This document shows, one piece after another, positions 1 to 7,779 of a stretch of DNA of 9,363 bases. Origin of the DNA: Erysipelotrichaceae bacterium (GTDB lineage: Bacteria; Bacillota_I; Bacilli_A; Erysipelotrichales; Coprobacillaceae); contig JAQVDW010000043.1 of the NCBI GenBank assembly GCA_028698185.1, forward strand, positions 1 through 9,363, read 5' to 3'. Position numbers and translations under genes: made by a program. Below the pieces are notes generated by a model, which made no database searches, was not told where the DNA came from, and saw only the letters and a program-made list of their open reading frames with translations. How positions within the stretch are numbered: the stretch's first letter is position 1; each line of letters opens with the position of its first letter.

Positions 1-2306
1 GTCAGAGCCATTTCCTTGACTTTGTCATCATCCTCGTTGAGGGCGACTGTCAGTTTGGCCCGGACTTTGCCGTTGACTTGGACCACAAGTTCCACCTCAT
101 CTTCGATAAGCATCTTCTCATCGTAAGTCGGCCAGGCTTCATAGGCAATCGTGTCTTCATGACCAAGGATCTGCCATAGCTCCTCACCGATATGCGGTGC
201 GATACATGAAAGCATCTTGACGAAGTTTAACGCATATTCCCGGTAGACTGTCTTGTTCTTGTAGCACTCGTTGATGAAGATCATCATCGCCGAGATGGCC
301 GTATTGAATCCCAACGTCTCGAAATCTTCAGTTACTTTCTTGACTGTCTGGTGATAGACACGGTCAAGTTTGCCGTCGTTTTCACTCACGATGTTTTGCG
401 GATTTGCCAGCAGGCGGTAAACCCGGTCAAGCCACTTGCGTGATCCGTCCAGCCCGTTGGTCGACCATGGCAGGGCCGCTTCCAGTGGTCCCATGAACAT
501 CTCGTACACTCTTAGAGTATCCGCTCCATGGCTTTCCACGATCTCGTCGGGATTGATGACATTTCCTCTTGATTTCGACATCTTTTCCCCGTTGTCCCCC
601 AGGATCATCCCTTGGTGGAACAGCCGTTGCCAAGGTTCCTTGCAAGCAACGACACCGGCATCGTAAAGGACCTTGTGCCAGAAACGTGAGTAGAGCAAGT
701 GAAGAACCGCATGTTCGGCGCCCCCGATGTAAAGGTCGACCGGCAGCCAGTGTTTGATCAGTTCCGGATCGCAGATCTGCTTGTCATTGTGGGGATCGAT
801 ATACCGGATGTAGTACCAACAAGAACCGGCCCATTGGGGCATAGTGTTGGTCTCGCGCCGGCCCTTGACTCCGTCGATTTCGACATTGAGCCAGTCCTCG
901 ACGTTGGCCAGCGGCGATTCCCCGTTGTCCGATGGCTTGAAGTTGTTTGTCGCCGGCAATTCCAATGGCAGCTGTTCCAACGGAACGGTGCGGGTTGTGC
1001 CATCTTCCATGTGGATCAATGGAATCGGTTCACCCCAGTAACGCTGTCTTGAGAACAGCCAGTCACGCAATTTGTATGTGACCTTGGCTTCACCGGCATT
1101 GTTGTCGCCAAGCCATTTGATCATTGTGGCAATGGCATCTTCCTTGTTCATGCCATCCAGGAATCCGGAATTGATATGGAGACCGTCATCGGTGTAGGCC
1201 GCTTCAGTGACATCGCCACCGGCAAGAACCGGAATGATTTCCAGGCCGAATTTTTTCGCAAACTCCCAGTCACGCTCGTCATGGGCCGGAACCGCCATGA
1301 TCGCTCCGGTACCGTAGCTCGATAGTACATAGTCGGCAATCCAGATCGGGATTTCTTTCCCATTTACCGGATTGATCGCATAGGCTCCGGTGAACACACC
1401 GGTCTTGTCTTTGGCCAGGTCGGTCCGTTCAAGATCCGATTTGGATTCGATGGTCGCCTGGTACTCTTTCACCGCTGCCGCCTGTTCTGGGGTGACGATT
1501 TCATTGACAAACGGGTGTTCTGGAGCCATTACGCAGTAAGTAGCCCCAAAAAGGGTATCCGCCCGGGTAGTGAAGACAGTGAACACCATGTCGGTGTTGG
1601 CGATTTTGAAATCGACTTGCGCCCCGACCGATTTTCCGATCCAGTTGCGCTGCATCTGTTTTGTAGCTTCAGGCCAGTCAAGCTCTTCCAGGTCGTCAAG
1701 CAGCCTTTCTGCGTATTCGGTTATTTTCAAGACCCATTGGCGCATCGGTTTACGGATGACCGGGAAGCCACCGCGTTCCGATTTGCCGTCGATCACTTCC
1801 TCGTTGGCAAGTACCGCCTTGAGTTCCGGACACCAGTTGACCGGGATCTCGTCAACATAGGCCAGTCCCATATCATACAGTTTGGTGAAGATCCATTGGG
1901 TCCACTTGTAATATTCCGGAGAGCTGGTCGCGATTTCGCGGTCCCAGTCATAAGAGAATCCTAAAGACTGGATCTGTTTGCGGAATACATCGATGTTCTT
2001 CTGGGTGAACTCCGCCGGATGGTTACCGGTGTTGATCGCATACTGTTCCGCCGGCAGGCCGAACGAGTCGAACCCCATCGGGTGAAGGACGTTCTTACCT
2101 TGCATCCGTTTCATTCTCGAAACAATATCCGTCGCCGTATAGCCTTCGGGATGACCCACGTGGAGACCGTTTCCCGATGGATAAGGGAACATGTCAAGAC
2201 AGTAGAATTTCTCTTTGGTAAAATCCGATGCGTCAGTCGCAAAGGTCTTGTTTTCCAACCAGTATTTTTGCCACTTCGCTTCAACTTCATGATGATCAAA
2301 TGCCAT
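1..2306 (-). CDS. leuS: Leucyl-tRNA synthetase (class Ia); the 3' end runs off the window, leaving about 768 codons present
   Basis: By-eye minus-strand translation from ATG (rc of 2304-2306) gives [22 protein letters not shown]... It contains the HIGH motif LHVGH (about 2151-2165) and the KMSKS motif GEKMSKS (570-590), and ends ...[27 protein letters not shown] at the window edge. The frame was checked at four points (2306, 2165, 1298, 590/5) and all fall in the same phase. The RBS AGAGGAGGAA lies at 2311-2320. The gene is absent from the ORF track, presumably because no stop codon lies inside the window. Confidence 0.95.
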   Translation of the reverse strand, partial: MAFDHHEVEAKWQKYWLENKTFATDASDFTKEKFYCLDMFPYPSGNGLHVGHPEGYTATDIVSRMKRMQGKNVLHPMGFDSFGLPAEQYAINTGNHPAEFTQKNIDVFRKQIQSLGFSYDWDREIATSSPEYYKWTQWIFTKLYDMGLAYVDEIPVNWCPELKAVLANEEVIDGKSERGGFPVIRKPMRQWVLKITEYAERLLDDLEELDWPEATKQMQRNWIGKSVGAQVDFKIANTDMVFTVFTTRADTLFGATYCVMAPEHPFVNEIVTPEQAAAVKEYQATIESKSDLERTDLAKDKTGVFTGAYAINPVNGKEIPIWIADYVLSSYGTGAIMAVPAHDERDWEFAKKFGLEIIPVLAGGDVTEAAYTDDGLHINSGFLDGMNKEDAIATMIKWLGDNNAGEAKVTYKLRDWLFSRQRYWGEPIPLIHMEDGTTRTVPLEQLPLELPATNNFKPSDNGESPLANVEDWLNVEIDGVKGRRETNTMPQWAGSCWYYIRYIDPHNDKQICDPELIKHWLPVDLYIGGAEHAVLHLLYSRFWHKVLYDAGVVACKEPWQRLFHQGMILGDNGEKMSKSRGNVINPDEIVESHGADTLRVYEMFMGPLEAALPWSTNGLDGSRKWLDRVYRLLANPQNIVSENDGKLDRVYHQTVKKVTEDFETLGFNTAISAMMIFINECYKNKTVYREYALNFVKMLSCIAPHIGEELWQILGHEDTIAYEAWPTYDEKMLIEDEVELVVQVNGKVRAKLTVALNEDDDKVKEMAL

Positions 2307-2323
2307 AATTTTCCTCCTCTAAA

Positions 2324-2355
2324 CAAAAAAAGGCCCTCCATCTAAGGACGACCTT
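2324..2355 (-). terminator. Intrinsic terminator of the leuS T-box leader
   Basis: The minus-strand stem AAGGUCGUCC / GGAGGGCCUU has 10 positions with one G-G mismatch and one G-U pair. It has a 6-nt loop and is followed by a U7 tract. Its 5' arm overlaps the T-box antiterminator 3' strand. Confidence 0.75.
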
Positions 2356-2537
2356 GCGCGTTACCACCTTAGTTCCAATTGCTTGGCACCTCAAAACTTT
2401 AACGCAGTCAACGGCACGGACTACTGCTTCATCCATGCATCTCCAAGGCGAGTTCACTGTCCGTTATGATAGTTTCCACCAGCCACTATCTCTCTATAAT
2501 AACTTCGCAAGCTAATATTCCTTTTCACTGATTTTAC
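2324..2537 (-). promoter_or_regulatory. T-box riboswitch leader with Leu specifier codon CUC, controlling leuS
   Basis: The minus strand carries the conserved T-box sequence AACUAAGGUGGUAACGCG (rc of about 2357-2374). Its UGGU bulge matches an ACCA acceptor end. Stem I carries GA/AGAGA-type motifs (UUGCGAAG...AUAGAGAGAUAG). The specifier-loop context is GUGAA-CUC-G, with CUC being the rc of 2450-2452. A terminator/antiterminator arrangement sits immediately upstream of the leuS RBS. Confidence 0.85.
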
Positions 2538-2543
2538 CAGCCC

Positions 2544-2573
2544 ATTATAGCATATATCACCAGGACGATTCAA
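2544..2573 (-). promoter_or_regulatory. SigA-type promoter for the leuS T-box leader
   Basis: On the minus strand, the -35 TTGAAT (2568-2573) is separated by 18 nt from the -10 TATAAT (2544-2549). The -10 is preceded by TGc, an extended -10. The predicted TSS is near 2537. Confidence 0.55.
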
Positions 2574-2580
2574 GAATTTT

Positions 2581-4395
2581 TTATCTCGCCGCCAAAACCT
2601 TTTTGATGTCCTGCCTGCTTGCGATAAGCGCCGGGACCAATGAAGCCATCAGGGAGATAGAAAGCATCAATCCAAAGACGCCCAAGGCCACAGGCAATTC
2701 GAAACTCAGGAAATTGTTAGAAAGGATATTGATGCCAGGAGCATCCTTGACCATTGTGTTGACCAGGGCGACCAGGCCTGCCACGTAGAGTGAGGCCACA
2801 AGCGCGCCGCAAGTTACCAGTATGAGCGTCTCAACCATGATCATGACCGCCAGATCGCCCCGGGTCGCCCCCATGGTCATGAAGATCCCCAGGTTGCGGC
2901 GGTTCTTGACCACGCCAAGATACATGACCGCTCCGATTAGAAACAGCGATGCCACCAGGGAAAGCGAACTGAAAAGAAGCAAAGCCAGGTTGATGTTGTC
3001 AAGGAGCGAGTTGACCTGGGTTTTTAGACTCGCTCCCAGGATCTTGAACTGGAACTCGGGATAGCTTTCTTCAAGGTAGCTAAGCGACAGATCCGTCCCG
3101 GCGATGGTGACAATCGACCCGCCGATATTGGCCACAGGTTCATGGAAAAGTAGGGCAGCCATTTCCAAGGGAGCCATCTCGTTGAAATATACGGTGTCGA
3201 CTATTTCGTTGGCGTTTGAGATTCCATCGATGGCCACCTTGACGCTTTTGAGCTGTTCATGGAAGGAAAAATAGAGATAGGCTTCGAACGGCCCATCCTG
3301 GGATATCCCCAGCCGGCCGGCCATGCTTTTGGAAATAACGATGCCCGGCCCAGCGGCAAACTCGTCCGGTCTGGCTTTGGTGGGATCGCTGATCGCCACG
3401 ATATCGCCTGAGCCAGCATCCTCATAAAGAGCCAGGCCGACTAGCTCGTATTCGTCAAGAAGCAGATACATATGGGTTATCAGAGGATCCTCTTTTAACG
3501 GCTTCATATCCCCCAATGTCATGGATTGTTGGCTTTTGAGCCGGGACGAATACGCGGCCGTTCCAAACAGCTGGTTCAACTCGAGATTGACCTCGTCCTT
3601 GAGCCCGAGGGCGACCACGACGGTTATCATCACGGTCACCAAAGCCAGCACGATTCCTGCCGTCATTTTGAGACTGGTTCCCAGATCGAGCAGCAGCCAC
3701 TTGCAGGCGAGATTGAAAAGGCGGTGGCGCGAAGGCTTGCCGGCATCATGGTCAAGAACTTCAACGACTTCTTCGGGCATGGTCACATTGTCGAGGTCGA
3801 CAACCCCCGTCGCCTCCGGGTCGATCAGATCAAGATCGTGGGTGACGACAATGACCAGCCGGGTTTTCGCCTGTTCCTTCAAAAATTCCAGCACCTTGGA
3901 CGAATTATCCCGATCGAGAGCGGCGGTCGGTTCATCGGCGAGGATGATTCCAGGATTGCTCATGAGCGCCCGCATCAAAGCCACCCGGGATTTCTGCCCC
4001 CCGGATATTTTCAGAACGCTTCGGGTGCCCAGAAGGCTGATTGAAAGCTTTTCGAGGATTTGCTTCTGGGCCAGCCTGTCGATGACCCGGTTGAAAACCG
4101 CCGGCAGCCTGTAATTTGATTTGCAGCCAAGCTCGTTGACCAGGGTCGGGCTCTGGAACAGGTAGGACACGCAATGACCCTGGTAATTCGGGATTTCCCT
4201 GATGTCTTTGCCGTTGAAAAGGATCTGCCCCTCGTATTCGCGGTCGATCTTGCCGATAAGATTGAACAAGGTCGTCTTGCCCTGCCCGCTTTTGCCCACG
4301 ACAAAGTAGAGTCCCCGGGATTTGAAGGTCCAGTTGAGATTTGTGAAGATTGTCTGTTCATGATATTGTTTTTTCAGGTTCTTTATTTCCAGCAT
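2581..4395 (-). CDS. ABC transporter with fused ATP-binding domain and FtsX-type 4-TM permease (MacB-like architecture); the NBD is canonical
   Basis: 604-aa ORF. NBD motifs are Walker A GKSGQGKTT, Q-loop LFQ, signature ISGGQ (3994-4008), Walker B IILADEP and H-loop VVTHD. These are followed by TM1 (MTAGIVLALVTVMITVVVALGL), a hydrophilic loop of about 200 aa, three C-terminal hydrophobic segments and the FtsX-like tail SRQDIKKVLAAR. The ATG lies 1 nt after the stop codon of the upstream gene. Confidence 0.9.
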   Translation of the reverse strand: MLEIKNLKKQYHEQTIFTNLNWTFKSRGLYFVVGKSGQGKTTLFNLIGKIDREYEGQILFNGKDIREIPNYQGHCVSYLFQSPTLVNELGCKSNYRLPAVFNRVIDRLAQKQILEKLSISLLGTRSVLKISGGQKSRVALMRALMSNPGIILADEPTAALDRDNSSKVLEFLKEQAKTRLVIVVTHDLDLIDPEATGVVDLDNVTMPEEVVEVLDHDAGKPSRHRLFNLACKWLLLDLGTSLKMTAGIVLALVTVMITVVVALGLKDEVNLELNQLFGTAAYSSRLKSQQSMTLGDMKPLKEDPLITHMYLLLDEYELVGLALYEDAGSGDIVAISDPTKARPDEFAAGPGIVISKSMAGRLGISQDGPFEAYLYFSFHEQLKSVKVAIDGISNANEIVDTVYFNEMAPLEMAALLFHEPVANIGGSIVTIAGTDLSLSYLEESYPEFQFKILGASLKTQVNSLLDNINLALLLFSSLSLVASLFLIGAVMYLGVVKNRRNLGIFMTMGATRGDLAVMIMVETLILVTCGALVASLYVAGLVALVNTMVKDAPGINILSNNFLSFELPVALGVFGLMLSISLMASLVPALIASRQDIKKVLAAR

Positions 4396-4396
4396 C

Positions 4397-6190
4397 TTAT
4401 TCTTCCTTTAGCACTTGCGCGATGTCAAGTCTTCTTATCTTATTGAGCTGGCTTAAGGCCGCCAGTAACCCCACCAGGAAATAGATCCCCGCCATGGTTG
4501 CCGCCAGCAAGGCAAAATCCCCGATGGCCAGATCGAGCGGTTCCCTTAGAAATTCCGGGATGAACGCCAGGGTCTTGACCAGATTTACACAAGCCAGCCC
4601 CGAAACGGATCCTATAAGCGATATCGCCGCGGCGACAGCCAAGTTCTCATAGAGCATATTGAAAAACAGCTCGCGTTTTTTGAGCCCCAGAAGCAACATC
4701 AGGCAGTTGTCCTGATGACGCTCCAGGAAGATGACCCCCAGCACCAGGGAATACAGGATGATGCCGATGGTAAGCGAAACCCCGATGAAAAAGGCCCCGA
4801 CCGCCCCCGAGAGCATGATCATGGTCGCATAGCTGTCTTTAAAATTCGCAAAATCGCTAAAAGCATACCAGTTGCCACTTAGCGCCTCGATGATCTTATC
4901 TACTTCATGGTAGTCGTCGATGATTAGATTGGCCTTTTTAGGATCGCCAGGGATACCCTCGAATAGAAATTCCGGCTGGTAATAGACGGCCGGCAGGGAG
5001 TTGAAACAATCATCGACCACGCCAACCACCTTGAAGGCCGCTTCCCCGATCGCTCCTACAACCACACCACCCAGCGCGACGCCCCGGTCGAGCAGCGCCT
5101 GGTTGACCAGGATTTCCCCTTTTTGTTCGATCAATCGCCCGGCCGTGATGGTTGTGGGATCGATTGCGGGATTTAGCTCAAAACTGCCCACGTCGAGATA
5201 GTCCCCGTTGTAGCTAAGAATGAGGCTGTTAAGATCGACATGGGGATTGTGGCCTGTTAGAGAGTAATCCGCCACAATGGCATCAAGCGTGGCGTCTTCA
5301 AATGGACCCTCGCGACTTTCGATTGTCACAATCCGGTTGTACGGGCTGTTTTGAAGGCTTTCTTGATAGAAGGCATTGGCCTGAAAGAAAAGGACCAGCA
5401 TCACAACCAGGGCCGTTGCAATCGCGATCTGGGAAACCACAATCAAAGCCGCCTTTTTCCAGTCCCGGGCAAACTGGTGCCAGGGATAAAGACTAAACGA
5501 GCCAATCTCTGGCAGCTCCCTTTTGATCAGGCCGTAGCGCTCCTCCAAGAACCGGTAATCGCTTTTTAGATTGTCGAAATCGATGACCCTGCCGTTTTTA
5601 CAAAGGTCCCGGTCATGGGTGGCGATGACAAAGAGGTGATTTTTGGCGCACTGTTCGATTGTCCTTTTGATGATTGCCGCACTGGTCTTGTCGACACTGC
5701 CGGTGGGCTCATCGAGCAGGATGATTTTGCAGCCGGTCATCAGCGCCTGGATCAACGCGAAGCGCTGGCACATCCCAAAGGAGAGCTGGCTTACCGGTTT
5801 CAAGTCGTGGCCGTCAAGGTCGAGCCTGGCAAGAAGCGAATTGTACCTTTTCCTGTCGAAGCGCACCTTCTTGAGATGGCAGGCCAGTTCCACATTCCCC
5901 CGGCCGCTTGAGAAGCTGACCAGATTGGCCCGCTGATGGACGAAGGCCACATGGTCGCGCTGGTAGTTGGGAAGATTTTTTAGATCCCGGCCGTTGAGAG
6001 TGACCCGGCCCCCGTCAATTTTTTCGATGCCCCCGAGGATATTGAGCAATGTCGACTTGCCGCTGCCCGAACTGCCCACAAGATAGACACAGCCGGAAAT
6101 CGGAAACGTGATGCTCACATCGGCCAGGACTTTTAGGCATTCCTGTCCGTCATTGAAAGTCTTGGTGATATTGTTTGCCATTAGCGCCAT
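4397..6190 (-). CDS. ABC transporter with fused ATP-binding domain and FtsX-type 4-TM permease (MacB-like architecture); the signature motif is degenerate
   Basis: 597-aa ORF. NBD motifs are Walker A GSSGSGKST, Q-loop VHQ, Walker B IILLDEP and H-loop IATHD. The signature reads LSFGMCQR (LSFGM = 5771-5785) instead of LSGGQ. These are followed by TM1 (AALIVVSQIAIATALVVMLVLFF), a loop of about 190 aa, three C-terminal TM segments and the tail RRLDIAQVLKEE. The RBS AAGGAG (rc of about 6197-6202) lies 7 nt before the ATG. Confidence 0.9.
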   Translation of the reverse strand: MALMANNITKTFNDGQECLKVLADVSITFPISGCVYLVGSSGSGKSTLLNILGGIEKIDGGRVTLNGRDLKNLPNYQRDHVAFVHQRANLVSFSSGRGNVELACHLKKVRFDRKRYNSLLARLDLDGHDLKPVSQLSFGMCQRFALIQALMTGCKIILLDEPTGSVDKTSAAIIKRTIEQCAKNHLFVIATHDRDLCKNGRVIDFDNLKSDYRFLEERYGLIKRELPEIGSFSLYPWHQFARDWKKAALIVVSQIAIATALVVMLVLFFQANAFYQESLQNSPYNRIVTIESREGPFEDATLDAIVADYSLTGHNPHVDLNSLILSYNGDYLDVGSFELNPAIDPTTITAGRLIEQKGEILVNQALLDRGVALGGVVVGAIGEAAFKVVGVVDDCFNSLPAVYYQPEFLFEGIPGDPKKANLIIDDYHEVDKIIEALSGNWYAFSDFANFKDSYATMIMLSGAVGAFFIGVSLTIGIILYSLVLGVIFLERHQDNCLMLLLGLKKRELFFNMLYENLAVAAAISLIGSVSGLACVNLVKTLAFIPEFLREPLDLAIGDFALLAATMAGIYFLVGLLAALSQLNKIRRLDIAQVLKEE

Positions 6191-6200
6191 TGATTTCTCC

Positions 6201-6228
6201 TTGATTTTGACTTTGTTTTTTGTATAAT
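6201..6228 (+). promoter_or_regulatory. SigA-type promoter immediately abutting the radical SAM start codon
   Basis: The -35 TTGATT (6201-6206) is separated by 16 nt from a perfect -10 TATAAT (6223-6228). The A of the ATG at 6235 is the 7th nt after the -10. Confidence 0.5.
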
Positions 6229-6249
6229 TAGACCATGAATAAATTTGAA
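6221..6249 (-). promoter_or_regulatory. Candidate promoter for the ABC gene pair
   Basis: On the minus strand, the -35 TTCAAA (rc of 6244-6249) is separated by 17 nt from the -10 TATACA (rc of 6221-6226). This is a weak match and it overlaps the plus-strand -10. Confidence 0.3.
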
Positions 6250-7173
6250 TACAGCTTCGATAACAAGCGTTATCACACTTACAACTACTTTCTCAAGACC
6301 CGGTACGCGACCAAGGTCGCCAAGATCCCTCTCAACGCCAACTTCACCTGCCCCAACCTTGATGGCACCAGGGCATATGGCGGGTGCATCTACTGTTCCT
6401 CAAAAGGTTCGGGCGACTACGCGGGTGACATCAATGACGACCTGATGGTCCAGTTCGACAAACTGACGCCCCTGTTCCAGAAAAAATGGCCGGGCTGCCG
6501 CTATATCGCCTACTTCCAAGCCAATTCCAACACCTACGGTCCCGTAGCCAAGGTAAAGGCCATGGTCGCACCCTTTTTGCAAAGGGATGATGTGGTGGGC
6601 ATCGCCATCGCCACGCGGCCCGACTGCCTCGAAGACGAAATGGTCGAATACCTGTCCCAGTTAAACAAAATCACCGATCTGACCATCGAACTCGGCCTCC
6701 AGACAATCCATGACAAGACCGGCAAGCTCATCAACCGCGGCCATGGTTTTGATGAGTTCAAAACGGCCCTGCAAAAACTGCGGGACCATGATATCGACGT
6801 GTGCGTCCATCTGATAAACTCGTTGCCTTATGAAACTGAAGAAATGATGCTCGAAACCGCCCGGGTGGTCGGCGCGATGGACATCCAGGCCATCAAGATC
6901 CACATGCTTTTCGTACTGGAAAACACAGCCCTGGCGACAATGTACAACCGCGGTGATTTCGCCCTGCTTGGCCGCGACGAGTATATCGCGATTGTGGCCC
7001 GCCAGCTCAGTTTGATCGACAAGAAGATCGTCGTCGAACGGCTTACCGGCGACGGGGTCGCCAGCGACCTGATCGCCCCGATGTGGTCGATCAAAAAAGT
7101 CACCATCCTCAACGATATCGACAAGTACATGGTCGAACACGACCTGTATCAAGGCGCAAAAAAAGAACTCTGA
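6235..7173 (+). CDS. Radical SAM protein of the YhcC/YtqA type (TIGR01212-like), function unknown
   Basis: 312-aa ORF with the Cys motif CPNLDGTRAYGGCIYC (C39, C51, C54; 6349-6396). Blocks YIAYFQANSNTY, ATRPDC and ELGLQTIHDKTGKLINRGH match my recollection of E. coli YhcC (YLAYFQAYTSTF, GTRPDC, ELGLQTAHDKTLHRINRGH). Confidence 0.9.
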   Translation: MNKFEYSFDNKRYHTYNYFLKTRYATKVAKIPLNANFTCPNLDGTRAYGGCIYCSSKGSGDYAGDINDDLMVQFDKLTPLFQKKWPGCRYIAYFQANSNTYGPVAKVKAMVAPFLQRDDVVGIAIATRPDCLEDEMVEYLSQLNKITDLTIELGLQTIHDKTGKLINRGHGFDEFKTALQKLRDHDIDVCVHLINSLPYETEEMMLETARVVGAMDIQAIKIHMLFVLENTALATMYNRGDFALLGRDEYIAIVARQLSLIDKKIVVERLTGDGVASDLIAPMWSIKKVTILNDIDKYMVEHDLYQGAKKEL

Positions 7174-7185
7174 CGAGTTCTTTTT
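7158..7185. terminator. Bidirectional intrinsic terminator between the convergent radical SAM and hpf genes
   Basis: The hairpin AAAAAGAACUC-UGAC-GAGUUCUUUUU has a 6-bp GAACUC/GAGUUC core plus an A:U extension, with A and U tracts on either side. The radical SAM stop codon TGA (7171-7173) sits in the loop. The hpf stop codon is at 7187-7189. Confidence 0.6.
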
Positions 7186-7186
7186 A

Positions 7187-7726
7187 TTATTCGGTTGTTT
7201 CAAGGAGACCGTAGCCACCGTTGTGACGGCGGTAAACAACACTGGTGCGTTCAGTTTCGCGGTCGATATAAACGTAGAAGTCATGATCAATCAATTCCAA
7301 TTGCATGATCGCTTCTTCCATGTCCATCGGTTTTGGCAAAATCTGTTTGACTTTGACAATCACATCTTCTTCATTACTGTCTTCCAATTCTTCTAAAGAA
7401 GCCACGTTAAACGCGAGTTTATTGTTTTTAGATTTGCGACTAAGTTTTGTTTTGTATTTGCGGATTTGACCTTCCAATTTGTCGACCACCAGATCAATGG
7501 CGGCATACAAATCTTCATTGACATCTTCAGCGCGTAACAGAACATACTCGGTTGGAATAGTCACTTCGATTTTTTGCCCGACGTGAGGGTAAGTTCTAAC
7601 TAGAACCTTCGCTTGAACTGCTTCGGACATGATAAAATATTTATCCAACACACTTAATTTTTCTTCAACTACATTTGCGATTGCATCAGTAATTTCGATA
7701 TTTTTACCTCTTATTGAAATTTTCAT
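7187..7726 (-). CDS. hpf: Ribosome hibernation promoting factor, long form (179 aa)
   Basis: The N-terminal sequence MKISIRGKNIEITDAIANVVEEKLSVLDKYF... is typical of the HPF/YfiA (S30AE) domain. The C-terminal sequence KPMDMEEAIMQLELIDHDFYVYIDRETERTSVVYRRHNGGYGLLE is typical of the long-HPF dimerisation domain. I chose the ATG at 7724-7726 because GAGGAGGT lies 7 nt upstream. The track ORF start at 7804 has no RBS and adds a non-homologous extension. Confidence 0.9.
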   Translation of the reverse strand: MKISIRGKNIEITDAIANVVEEKLSVLDKYFIMSEAVQAKVLVRTYPHVGQKIEVTIPTEYVLLRAEDVNEDLYAAIDLVVDKLEGQIRKYKTKLSRKSKNNKLAFNVASLEELEDSNEEDVIVKVKQILPKPMDMEEAIMQLELIDHDFYVYIDRETERTSVVYRRHNGGYGLLETTE

Positions 7727-7750
7727 AATGCATACCTCCTCTATAAAGTA

Positions 7751-7779
7751 ATTATACAACAAACTTTTCAAATAATCTA
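7751..7779 (-). promoter_or_regulatory. Candidate hpf promoter
   Basis: On the minus strand, the -10 TATAAT (rc of 7751-7756) is preceded by TGt, an extended -10. A weak -35 TAGATT (rc of 7774-7779) lies at 17-nt spacing. Confidence 0.35.

Noticed and set aside
427-2345. About ten 60-150-aa ORFs listed in the track on both strands, while no long ORF is listed here. This could suggest a non-coding or pseudogenised region.
   Set aside because: The whole interval is one continuous minus-strand leuS reading frame. The phase was verified at the start codon, the HIGH motif, a mid-gene point, the KMSKS motif and the window edge. It is missing from the track only because it has no stop codon inside the window. 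The listed ORFs are out-of-frame or antisense shadows with low-complexity R/S/P/T-rich translations.
3521-4114. Two overlapping plus-strand ORFs (197 aa and 172 aa) antisense to the ATPase domain of the 604-aa ABC gene.
   Set aside because: They have no RBS. Their Arg/Ser/Thr-rich composition is typical of the antisense strand of a GC-rich coding region. They overlap each other in two frames and lie fully inside a gene with strong motif support.
2581-7173. A radical SAM enzyme next to two ABC exporters could be a RiPP (sactipeptide/ranthipeptide-like) biosynthetic cluster.
   Set aside because: The radical SAM protein is the compact YhcC/YtqA type. I can see no SPASM/twitch auxiliary-cluster Cys-rich C-terminus. 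There is no room for a precursor peptide gene, because the intergenic gap is 44 bp and filled with promoter elements. The ABC proteins are FtsX/MacB-type and lack peptidase (C39) domains. The genes are divergently transcribed.
6661-7290. A 209-aa minus-strand ORF overlapping the radical SAM gene and the 3' end of hpf.
   Set aside because: It is antisense to a well-supported CDS. It runs straight through the bidirectional terminator hairpin at 7158-7185 and overlaps hpf out of frame. Its Asp/Val/Gly-rich translation looks like a shadow ORF.
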